DNA of 64,000 nt, taken from the NCBI GenBank assembly GCA_032718475.1, contig JAUCBJ010006818.1:1-64000 (forward strand), read 5' to 3'. The position numbers and the translations under genes were made by a program. The notes beneath the pieces were generated by a model. The model had not been told where the DNA came from. It searched no databases and saw nothing but the letters and a program-made list of their open reading frames with translations. Below, piece by piece: positions 1-10,600 of this stretch. The DNA comes from Nemertoderma westbladi (taxonomy: Eukaryota > Animalia > Xenacoelomorpha). Positions within the stretch are counted from its first letter, which is position 1. Each line of letters starts with the position of its first letter.

Positions 1-830
1 CTACTACTGCTGATGCGGTGAAAATATATCCACCTTCAGGTAGCCTCATTTGTGGGTCCCCAGATGAACATCTAACCGATCTTGGCTTTGTTGATGATCT
101 TGGTTAACCGTCAGAGACATTGGAGTAGCACAGAAGCTGTGGTCTATCTTAGAGAAGGCTGCATCCCGTGTTGGCCTCTTTGTGAATAGCACAAGGACTA
201 CAATTCTGACAGTAAACATGGAATCCATGGAATGACATTCAATCGCTGGATGGACTGGTAAGTCATGTGAATGACTTCTGCAACCTTGGGGTTCAGAGGT
301 CTGGTGAAGATGTCTGAAGGGTAAGCCTGCTCTGCCATCCACAAGCTATCCATGATTTGGAACAGCTGTTATATATCATGCTCTTTAAAGGTACGTGTTT
401 TCCGTGCTTCAGTGGGGCTTGTGCTGCTCTATGGCAGCCAAACTTTGGCACTAACTGTTGATTTAAGAAGACACCACGTCTCTGGATGGTACATACATAC
501 TACAGTAGGATGCTGCTTAAGGTGCACAGAATTGACCACACTTAAGCAATGAGTTGTTATATAACTATGGCAACATCTCATCGCCAAGACCCAGCATCAC
601 CCTGCAGAGTCGCCCCCAGAAGCTTGCGGGGCTCTGTTTTCGCCGGTAGGATCAACCAGTACATGTACAACCTTGTACCGTGGCAGCCTGATCGTGAGAA
701 TAGGCGTGATGGACAGCCAATAACTTTCTAAAACGTCGGCGCAAGGTCACCTGACGTGAGAATAGAGGTGAACGTTACGAGGATGAGGATATTATCGGAA
801 CACTGATAAGTTTACATAATGTAATGTAAC
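1..830 (+). pseudogene. Degraded RTE-type non-LTR retrotransposon fragment (RT motif C to C-terminus)
   Basis: 70-103 translates LTDLGFVDDL (degenerate DLDFADDL). ORF 352-552 has IWNS..ISCSLKVRVFRASVGLVLLYGSQTLALT and ORF 549-731 has NLVPWQP...DGQPITF, colinear with the RTE at 13391-15003. Many stops and frameshifts; ends approximate. Confidence 0.8.
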
Positions 831-1873
831 AATAAAATGCCACGTGGCGAAATATTTATAATTAAAATAAAATTATTTCATGAAAATAAAAGTATAAAAG
901 TAGTATAGAATTACACCTACAGTTGTTCTAGAATAAAAGTAGTAGTAATAAATATACCAAGTGGGCAGCTGCTTCAGCCAGTAAAACGCCTGGGTGGCTT
1001 TTTGCGTCAATTTTGATGCTGAAAAATTAATAATTTAGTAGTAGTAAAGATAATTTTAATATTTAGTTTAGTGTTTTGTTATGTAAGCCCGCCTCTATAA
1101 CCTGATTCTTTCCTTTAATAAGTTGATTAAATGTTGAATAGTAATTTAATTCGTGAAGTTAATTTCAGAAATCCAATTGACCTAAAGCAGCAACCTAATG
1201 TAAATAAATACGGACCGTATTTACATAAATACATACGGTACAAAGGTAATGTCTGAGGCCAATCAGCTGGTTTATGTATGAGGGTTCCCGTCTCTAGTGT
1301 ACGAAGTCGCAACGTTTGGGGTTGGAAGGTGGAACCTTTAGGCACTTATTTATTGCCTGGCAACCGGGTGGTGCCCAGTTCATAACTGCCGGGTCGCAAA
1401 ATTCCAACTGAGGTTTACCGGCTTTCATAGTCGCTTTATGGAGGATGTACTGTTTCCTAATTATTGGCATAACTTGTTTATATTCGTCGCTCGATGGCCT
1501 ATAAAATATAACGAAAAATTGAATTTATTCGAATTGAATAGGCTGGCTGTATTTTAATATAAATATGAAAGATACGGAATAAGAAATAACTTTTTCCAAA
1601 TTCTTGTAAAAATAAAAAATCTGATGAATTAATTGATATAATCTAAGAAAATTTTGTATAAAATTTGTGTGGGAGAGGTGTATTACCGAGTTAAGATATT
1701 CCAGAACATGGTCTACACCTGGACCCACGTATAACATTCAGAGAGTGGCGCACAAATTGTGATCATCAGCGCAAATTGACCGCAAAGGAAATATTGTTAG
1801 AAACACTGCCATTGTTATCGTATGTTATCTTCTCATCTCCCTAAATGTTTTTAATTAAATTAAATTAATTTTT

Positions 1874-1920
1874 CAAACCCAAACTCAAACCCAAACTCAA
1901 ACTCAAACCCAAACTAAACA
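1874..1920. repeat. (AAACYC)n hexamer microsatellite between 18-bp inverted repeats
   Basis: caaacccaaactcaaacccaaactc...; gcgcaaattgaccgcaaa (1769-1786) is the reverse complement of tttgcggtcattttgcgc (1932-1949) at 17/18. Confidence 0.6.
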
Positions 1921-2692
1921 CACATTTGGTGTTTGCGGTCATTTTGCGCCATTGGCTCATATAACATTACATAGTCCAAATAAAACAGTGAAATTATTAG
2001 CATTTGTTTGAATATTTGTAGATAGATAACTGTAGTTAGTTACCTTGAGCCGCGGCCGTGAGTATGGGAAGCTTATCTAACTAAATACCAATAACGCGAG
2101 AAATAGAACATGACCTGTGGCACCTAACCAGCAGTCTAAGATCTCGAAACCATCAACAGCGAAAGTTATTCGGTTGACAATGTTTAGCTGAATGCTGCTG
2201 ATAATAGACAGTTTACTGCGTTTGGTTAACTATATTGCCACCCACTACCGCAAAATCTAAGAGTCGCGAGACATCGGGCAGAGACAACAACACTACAGTG
2301 CGGGATGTACTTGACCTCTGGCACTACCAAATATTGAGGTCGCCAATGATATACATTCGCCGGCTTCTCAAGATTTTATAGTCTTATGAGCGGGTGTGTT
2401 GGGCAGCTGACAGAGTGTATGGCTATACAAGGAGACTGTCGGACATTGTATCGGGGAGTGTCGGTGCAGTATCAACGTTGAGACTATTGCCGACCAATTT
2501 GGACCATTTTTTACTGTTTTGGTGTTGCTGAGCGCGGAATCATTCCTTGGACTTAATATGATTAGTTACAGTATCCGCTGCAAACAACTTCCGTGTTTTA
2601 TTACAGTTAATGTTGTCTCTAGTAAAGGAAACAAATTATACATAATCATTCATATACGCGCTCACGTGCCCACCCATACAGAACCAAACATT

Positions 2693-3056
2693 ATTTAGGA
2701 GCCCAATCGACAGGCGGGATACTTACTGTAAAAATCTGCGGGATACTTACTGTAAAAATCTCAGGATAACACTGACTTAGGAGCCCATACTTACTGTAAA
2801 AATCTGCGGGATACTTACTGTAAAAATCTCAGGATATATAACACTGACTGACTGACTGATAAATAGCAAGGTTCACTGGCGATTTTGTTGAAATTTTACA
2901 AGTAAATTGCTTTGGTGGTTCATAATCGCGTTACAAAATATCAGATCAATTCAATGTGTGGTATTCGATATATTTCGTTTTTTGAAATTATTTTGTCGCG
3001 AAATTAAAAGCAATGGTAAAGTAACAACTCCTCCCTGAGCTGCTGTAGCAGCTAGC
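2693..3056. mobile_element. Possible Helentron-associated (HINE/DINE-like) non-autonomous element
   Basis: Locally duplicated GGATACTTACTGTAAAAATCT units (about 2715-2835), an (ACTG)n microsatellite (about 2843-2858) and a terminal hairpin AGCTGCT-gt-AGCAGCT (3038-3053). The layout resembles HINEs; family not verified. Confidence 0.4.
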
Positions 3057-4271
3057 TGTGTATGAATGGTTGAGTGCAGGGCTGCCTGAGATAGAATTCC
3101 ATCACGAGAATTTCTTGACTACACTGTTCCTGCTGCTGGCTGCTGGCTGAGTCTACACATCCTTTATCAGCTCTCAGGGATAGACAGAAAATAGTTGAGT
3201 TGTCAATAAACAAAATAAAATATACAACTGCAGTAGGATTATATTATTATTCCACGAATCACTGGGCTGATTATTTTGTATAGGATATACTGATATATGT
3301 AGAATGTTCTAATATAGAATAATATTCTTAATATTCTGGATAATATTCTTGTTTTTTTTATTACATAGGATTAGCATCATCTTTTAGCTGAAGCATTAAT
3401 AGTGTAAATTAATTTAATTATATTTTAATACCATTACTACATTGGCATACTGTAAGATAAGTTTTAACATTTCTTACAAATAGTGGTGCGAGCATAAAAC
3501 TCAAATCACGCAAATTTGAAAGAACCGGGTATGTTGTCATAATATCTATCTCCATAGGTTATTATGCTTGACTGGGTCTGGGTGCGGCTTTGCTTTTGGG
3601 ACGGGGTGCTGATTGAAAGGGGGGTTGAAGGGGGGAACTGTCCCCCCTTTTCACTTTGACTGATTTGCGGTTTTGTTAAATTTATATGATATATGTTAAA
3701 TGTTATATGTTAAATTTGTCTTATATCTTGTAAACGTGCTTGATAATTAAATTATTTGTTTCATATTATATTTTTGTTAGTGGTAGCAAAGTTTCATTTT
3801 TTATTATGTGGGACGAGCCACAAAGTCAGCTAGCCTCACGCCTTACAGTTTAGACAATTGTTTAGTTTACTTACTGACTGACATAGTTCATTTGTAATAG
3901 TCTTGGCTAGGATTCTTTCCCCGGGCTCCTTCCAGCCAGCTTGCTGGCGGTCTAGTTTTATGGACAACCATTATCTTCATAATTTGTACTCAATGATACT
4001 ACGGTATGTTAAACGAAACTTATTGGAAAATTAATTAATACGGTCTCTTTGACCCGAGAGCATGTGGGGAAATTAATCTTAATATTGATAATTCATAAAG
4101 TTTATATGCGGAAGTAAATATAAATAAAAGGTAAGTCAAGTGACGTCTCCATAAAATATCTAGCAGATCCAATGTGACCGAAGTTATTCAATCTGCTTTT
4201 ATTTCACACAATCTTTATTATTCTCGAGTTTCAACCCAGGTCGAAGTTAACTTGAATCCGTTCTACATTAA

Positions 4272-4560
4272 AAAAATAAGTAAATTAAAGTTATGGCCTT
4301 TCAGCCCAGGACTACGCACAAAGTCTGACGATTTAATTGCCCCCAGAACTATTTATTATCAATTATCCCAGAGGAAACTGGTACTGATTTAGCTACTATT
4401 TAAGGATGTAAGGCAGATGGATATTCGCCCAGGCAAAAATCGTACAGAACCGAAAACTCCAATGACCCAGCCTCCCCCCATGCGGGGATAGAACCCACGA
4501 CCACCAGTGACACTTGAATTCAAGGCAATGATTTAATAACCACTACGAGAAGGTGGGACC
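4272..4560 (-). mobile_element. tRNA-derived SINE
   Basis: Minus strand: box A-like TCGTAGTGG and box B-like GGTTCTATCCC, then a central GCCTTACATCCTT...TAAATCAGTACCAG motif resembling the conserved core of Meta/Sauria-type SINEs, then an ACTTTA/T-rich tail. Confidence 0.65.
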
Positions 4561-5260
4561 TAAATGATTTTAAAATTAAACGAAAAAATAATAATAAAGT
4601 AGTAGTAAAATTAAAATGCATGCACACGTCATGAACTGTTGTGCAAATTATTTTACAAAGTGCAGTGAACAGAACAAGTCACTGATTGTTACCATACTCC
4701 ACAAATTGATATGTGAAACTCAATCTGAATGATTCACCTCAGCCGTCGGCCTAATACTGAACTAAACTAATTAGTAGTAAGTGATTTTTTTTATCATTAA
4801 TTTTATCATATTCAGTCTGACGTTGAAACCACGTGGCCGCCCATGTGAAGAATAACAGGTTTTATCCCTTTTGAAACTTTATTAAAAAATTTATGAAGAA
4901 TTTGTATATTTCTAAGAATTATCTTTATTAAGTATTTTATAGCGCTAATTTCTATCTTATAACCTGTACATATACTAATTCGTTCATTGTTTTGGTTAGA
5001 TTCAGATGGTAGGCCTATTCTTCACAGGGGGGTAAACTGCAAAGTGAACTATAACAGCAGAAAGTCTAATATATAGAAAAATATCGAAATATACCTTCCT
5101 ATACCTACAGTATATAATATAATTATATTGTATTGTATTTAGTATTAAGTAATTTAGTTGCATGTGTTTTTGTAACGCGTGTTGCACTGCTATTCGTTAC
5201 ATGTATGGGTGTCGCTGGCAGGTTGTATCTGGGAGTGTTGTTGTTCGGCTGGTTAGGTGA

Positions 5261-5413
5261 ATTCTTAGCCCGCGGGTATCCTTAGCCCGCGGGTATTCTT
5301 AGACCGAAATCTGTGAGTACTCTTAGCCCGCACGGAGTGGGTATTCTTAGCCCGCGAGTATTCTTAGCCCGCACAAAGTGGGTATTCTTAGCCCGCGAGT
5401 ATTTTTAGCCCGC
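5261..5413 (-). repeat. Left subterminal array of 17-bp units (ATTCTTAGCCCGCGAGT), about 7-8 copies
   Basis: Repeated ttcttagcccgc motifs; reverse complement of the right-arm unit, including the spacer variant gcacaaagtgggt / acccactgtgtgc. Confidence 0.85.
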
Positions 5414-5638
5414 AGTAATTATTTTTTGACTACAAAATATATTTTACTTGAAACAATTGGGCGGGATATATAATATTACTGTCAGGATTTCATTCTATGC
5501 CCCATCTAGTTAACATTTATTATGTAATTATCATCACGGTTGCTTCGTTTCTTTGTAAATTGGTACGTTGTACCAGGATGCAACAAGCTGTGGAAGAGTG
5601 CTGCCTCTTTCTTAAAAACACTTAATCCAAAACAGATA

Positions 5639-5671
5639 GGGGGGGGGGGGGGGGGGGGGAGGGGGGTGGGG
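5639..5671 (+). repeat. Poly-G tract (G21-A-G6-T-G4), G-quadruplex capable
   Basis: Direct read; homopolymer length may be inexact. Confidence 0.8.
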
Positions 5672-6084
5672 AACTTTCGACGCAAACAAAATTCATCCCT
5701 CTCCAGGGGAAATTCGACGCAAATAACAGCTGATTACTTCCAGAAATAAAACTGTAACCTGTTCTATTAAATTTAGTTTATTGTTTTGGTTAAAATAATG
5801 TGCCACTGTAACCTGTTCCTTTCCCTAAATTGAGAATTTAACATTGAGGTGGGATATTAATTATTAGCCGAGATGGGATTTGAGTCCAGTTTCCCCCTCC
5901 CCTGTTTCGATCAAAACCATAAAAATATTATACTGTAAAAGAAAAAAGAGAAAATGAAGTATAGAGTATTAGAATGAACTAACGCAACTGTCTCATTTAT
6001 GTGATTAACTTTTTAGCCAAACAAATAGTCATAAAAAAAGGTTGAGATTGAGTGTAAACTTTTCCACGACAATATTGTTCAGTT

Positions 6085-6757
6085 ATACAGGACGGCCACA
6101 AAGGGTGAAGATCTGGGATTCACACTTCAAGAACGCAGAAGTAGTAGATATCCGGCAACTACAGTCACAGACACCGACTTTGCGGATGACATCGCCCTGC
6201 TCTCTAATACGCTAGCAGATGCACAGCTTCTACTAAATAAAGTGGAGAGGGCTGCCAATGAGGTTGGATTGCATATAAATGCTACCAAGACCGAATTCAT
6301 GACCTTTAATGTTGATGGAAACTGGATAACCATTGATAATAATCAACTAAGGAAGGTCGACGACTTCTAGTACCTTGGATCATGGATAGAGAGTAGCAAA
6401 AAGGACATAGAAGTTAAGAAAGCAAAGGCTTGGGGTAGCTCTATCAAAAATGGATACCATCTGGAAATCAGATCTCTCCAGGCACCTGAAGACTAAGTTC
6501 TTTCGAGCCACAGTGGAAAGTGTATTTTTATACGGGGGTGAGACCTGGACACTGACTAAATCACTTCAACAACGAATTTATGTTTGCTACACAAGCCTAC
6601 TAAGGGCAGCCCTAAACGTCAGCTGGAGACAACACATTACAAACACCGAGCTTTATGGTACAATACCACCTGTATCAACCACCCTCCGTGAACGCAGATT
6701 ACGATTCAGTGGGCACTGCTGGCGAAGTAAAGACGAGGTCATACCAGATCTACTACT
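6085..6757 (+). pseudogene. RTE-type LINE A, 5'-truncated, left part (RT)
   Basis: Translates VTDTDFADDIALLSN...VGLHINATKTEFM...VDDF*YLGSWI (stop at 6368-6370), a frameshift near 6445, then IWKSDLSRHLKTKFFRATVESVFLYGGETWTLT...RLRFSGHCWRSKDEVIPDLL. Confidence 0.9.
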
Positions 6758-6933
6758 AGTATCGGCATGCTGCATTGCAGCTGCATTTTTAAGAATGCTG
6801 TGCCGGCTTGTCAACAAAATTGCACCGCCACAACTCCCTATCACCCATGACATTTGCTAGATCATCCGCATCTTCAAGGCCAGTGTCCTTTAAGATGCGT
6901 CTCAAGAAAGTCATGGGCTGTCCACCATGCTTA
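6750..6933 (-). pseudogene. RTE-type LINE B, 3' end (separated from its body by the BEL insertion)
   Basis: Removing BEL and one TSD restores NKHGGQPMTFLRRILKDTGLEDADDLANVMGDRELWRCNFVDKPAQHS* (stop at 6789-6791), a short 3'UTR and an ACTAGTAGTAG tail. Confidence 0.9.
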
Positions 6934-7431
6934 TGTGGCGAACTGGGCGTTGAGAGATGCAGAGAGTCTTCGATTTTAGAATCCCAGTTGCCGAAGGGAG
7001 TGCAACTATGTGACGGCTCCCAAAGTAGAGGTAGAAGGGTAAGGTGAAGGTTGAAAAAGTTGATTTTGAGTGAACGCGATAACTGAGTTTATTTATAATA
7101 GTTCGTTGAATAATAAGGAAATAGAAGAGGAGACAATTAAATCACTAAACTTTGAAGCAGGGGTTTGCACAAGGAAAAGGTTGTCGACTTGGAAGTGAGG
7201 AAAAGTGGCCAGCAGCTCCTTAAATACCGTCTCAGGAAGCGTCCTGATTGGGTAGCCAAGGAGACTGCTGAGTGGCCAGTTAGCTACGTTTCGATCCTAA
7301 GATTGCCTGCCAACCTTCCCGCTAGAGGGAGGTTGGACAGAGTGCTGTGAAGACAGCAGATTACGTCTCGATCCCAAAAAACGGGTACAGAAAGTTAGAA
7401 ATTCCGGTCGACAACCTGGCGATTATTTACA
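6934..7431 (-). repeat. 3' LTR of BEL/Pao element
   Basis: TGTGGCG...TTTACA; matches 12893-13390 with one difference seen (7376 A versus 13335 C). Confidence 0.97.
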
Positions 7432-7442
7432 CTCCCCTCCTA
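7432..7442 (-). promoter_or_regulatory. Polypurine tract
   Basis: Minus strand TAGGAGGGGAG abuts the 3' LTR. Confidence 0.9.
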
Positions 7443-7697
7443 GTTTGATCGCTCAAAATAGGACGATAGATAATCGCCGAAAATACAAAAATAACAAATA
7501 GTAAGAAAACCAATGTTAAAGTAGTGCATACAGACAATATAGGTCAATATAGGTAAGATAAAGTAATATAATGCAATACACTAATATAAATTCAGAATAA
7601 AGTAAGACAGAGTAATATAAGCGTTGAAATCTCAACAACAATGAAAGAACTACAATTTAAGTCCAAACAAACAGTACATAGACGCAGAGAGCGCGAG

Positions 7698-10600
7698 TCA
7701 GTCTACCTCGAGGGGGACAAGTCCAGCAAGGGGGCGCGAGGACACGTGGCCATTGACCCGGACATCCGCTGTGCGTCCTCCAGGGTGGACCCGAACGACG
7801 TTCCCAAGGGGCCAGCTCGATCGCGGCTTGAGAGGGGTATCGACGATGACTATAGCCCCACTCTCAACCTTTGGTGCAGGACGCAGCTTCCTACGCCAGG
7901 ATCGAAGTGTGGGCAGGTACTCGGAGGTCCAGTGCTTCCAGATCGCCTCGGTAGCTGCCACAGATCGGCGCCAGCTGCTCCTCAACTCCTTAGCAGAGCG
8001 ACGGGATGAGGAAGAGAGAGATTGGGGGTAGTCCTTAGGAGAGAGGAGGGCCAATGGCGCAAGAGGTGGCGGAGTGCCACCGAACAGAAAGTGAGCGGGA
8101 GTTAACGGTTCGGTGCTGCTGTCAGGGGATTGTACGAGGGGCCGACGATTGGCTGTCGCTTCAACCTCGGCCAGCACAGTTCGCAGTTCATCGTCTGTGA
8201 GTGCAGCGCGCCCCAGACTCTTCCTGAGCGCCTGCTTCACTACCCCAACCATCCTCTCCCAGAAGCCACCATGCCAGGGGGCGTGGACCGGAATGAAGCG
8301 CCACTCGGTTCCGGCCAGAACTTTACTGAGTAGTTTGAAGGTAGCGGCGTTGTCTGAGTACAACACCTCAGGAACACCCCGTCTGGCCGCGAAACGACGC
8401 AGGGCGTTGTGGGTGTCCTCGGCGTCCATCCGGGAGGTCAACTCGAGGTGTAGTGCGCGGGTAGACGCGCAGGTGAGGAGAAGGATGTAGCGCTTCTCCC
8501 CTTCATTGTTATTGAGACCACCAGCGTAGTCCAAGCCGGTGGACTGGAAGGGTATGACCCCCGGCCTTACCCGGAAGTCAGGAAGCGCCCCCTCTGGGGT
8601 GCAGAAGTGGCGGGAGTTGAAGCGGCGGCAGGGGACGCAGTCATACGTGATCTTCTTACAGATCGAACGCAGACCTGCGATCCACACGGTCTTACTGAGT
8701 TCAGACATCATTGTGGGGACTCCACCATGTTTTGTGACGATGTGGACGTCCCAGGCGAGTAGGCGAGCGAGGGGGGAACCCTTGGGCAGCAGAGGCAGGG
8801 ATTGTTCTTGGGTTCGAGGGCATCCACTGACCAGGTTGGTTGCTGTGTCGATAAATGGCCGGAAGGGCCATAGAGAGGATTCCCGGGTGTCGCCATCCTG
8901 GATTAGGTCGATGTCATTAGACATAGTTGCTCGCTGTTCCAGGTAGAACAGCTGAACAAGGGCGCGGTCTCGTTCCACTTTGCTGAGAGGCCCAGTGGCG
9001 GCAGAGCTGCGGGTTCGCCGACGAACCCTGCAGTTACTGATGAATCGAGAGACCCAGGCCATGACCCGAACTGCTCGGGTCAGGTTAGAAAACCGTTTAA
9101 GGTCAACCACTTGCTCGCTCCCCGTGATGAGTTTAGTCAATAGAGATCGGCGCTCCATTGTCACATGTTGGAGGTCAGTGACCTGGGGGTCAATCGCCGA
9201 GGTGTCGGCGGTGTGAAGGTTACCAGAGGGGCCGAGCCACCAGCTCGAAGAGGCGAGAGCTCCAAGGTCATAACCTCGAGTGCCAATGTCGGCAGGGTTC
9301 TGGCACCCGGGTATGTGGTGCCAGAGATGGAAGGGCGCGAGGACCTGGATGTCGCGCACCCGGTTTCTTACGAAGGTCTTCCAGGTGTTGGGAGGTTTAC
9401 TCAGCCAGGCGAGAGTTATGGTGGAGTCGGAGTGGAAGATAGCTTCTACATCAGGGAAGTCCTTGTGGGCCTTGATAATGGAGCCATAAAGACGTGCCCC
9501 CAGGAGGGCCGCCATCAATTCAAGCCGAGGTAAGGATGGCTTCGGCTTTAGGGGGGCAGCGCGCGCTTTGGCGCAGAGTAGAGTTCGTGTGCCCCCACGA
9601 AACGTGTAGAGGCAGGCGGCATAGGCCTTGAGCGAGGCATCGGCGTAGATCTCGATGCGATCAGGGTTGGAGCAGTCTCGAGGCAGCGTTGGAGGGATCG
9701 CTGGCACCTGAGAGATGAGCTCCAGGCAGCGGCGGGCTGCTTCTGGGTCCAGCCGCTGTTCCCATCCAGAGCCGGCGCACCAGAGGTCCTGCAGTTGCAG
9801 GCGTAGAGAGAGGGTCCAGGGCGAGAGGAGACCAAGAGGGTCGAAGATCGAAGCTGTACACGCGAGCAGAGTTCGTTTGGTAAAGACTTTAGGGGGGTTC
9901 ACGTTCTCGAGGTTGACCGAGATCTCGTCTGAGATGGGGTCCCAAGGGATCCCCAGTACTCGAGTTGGGAGACTCTCCTCGTCACAAGTGGGGTTCGTTG
10001 ACCTCCACTTGTGAAGGTTCATCGAGGCGCGAGACAACAGCTCAGTGAGAGTTTCTCTGAGTGTATTCACGTCTGATGGAGTCTCTCCCCCTAACACCAC
10101 GTCATCGACGTAGAGGCTCTCAATGAGTCGTGAGAGAGTGTGGGGGTCGATGGCCGAGGGGTCAACGACCTGGGGTTTGGCAATCGAGGGGTCATCGACC
10201 ATGAGTTCGACGACCGAGGGTTCACTGACCTGAGGTTCAGCGAACGAGAGGTCACTGACCTGGGGTTGAACGACAGAGTGGTCAGTGTCCGGGACTGGTA
10301 GAGGAAGGGCAGAGCCCTCGGGTAGGCCGAACAGAACACGCAGAGTGGATTGTAGAGCGCTCGGGGAGCAGTTCAGGCCGAAGGGGAGGCGCACGAAGTG
10401 GCTCAACACCTCTCCATCCTCGTCTTGCCACCGAATGCAGAGATAGTCGCGGTCGTGGTCAGCAATCGAGATTTGGTGGAAGGCCTTCACTATGTCCCCG
10501 ACGGCCACACAAGGGTAGACTCTGAAACGTATAGCCACGTTGAAGAGTAATGGTAGGAGATTTGGCCCCGTCTTCAGACAGTGGTTGATCGAGAGGCCAT

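Noticed and set aside
3850-4040. Possible CR1/L2 3' UTR relic with a CCAGCTTGCTGG dyad
   Set aside because: No coding remnant or TSD to support it.
4480-4560. tRNA gene
   Set aside because: Only degenerate A/B boxes with no convincing cloverleaf; better explained as a SINE head.
5540-5749. Gly-rich ORF or transposase remnant inside the foldback element
   Set aside because: The Gly run is the poly-G tract; no transposase motif recognised on either strand.
6070-6090. TSD for LINE A (ttgttcagttata versus ttgttcttata near 15185)
   Set aside because: Needs a 2-bp indel in AT-rich sequence; too weak to call.
7165-7350. 61-aa ORF duplicated at 13124-13309
   Set aside because: Lies within the LTRs, antisense to the element, and starts at TTG.
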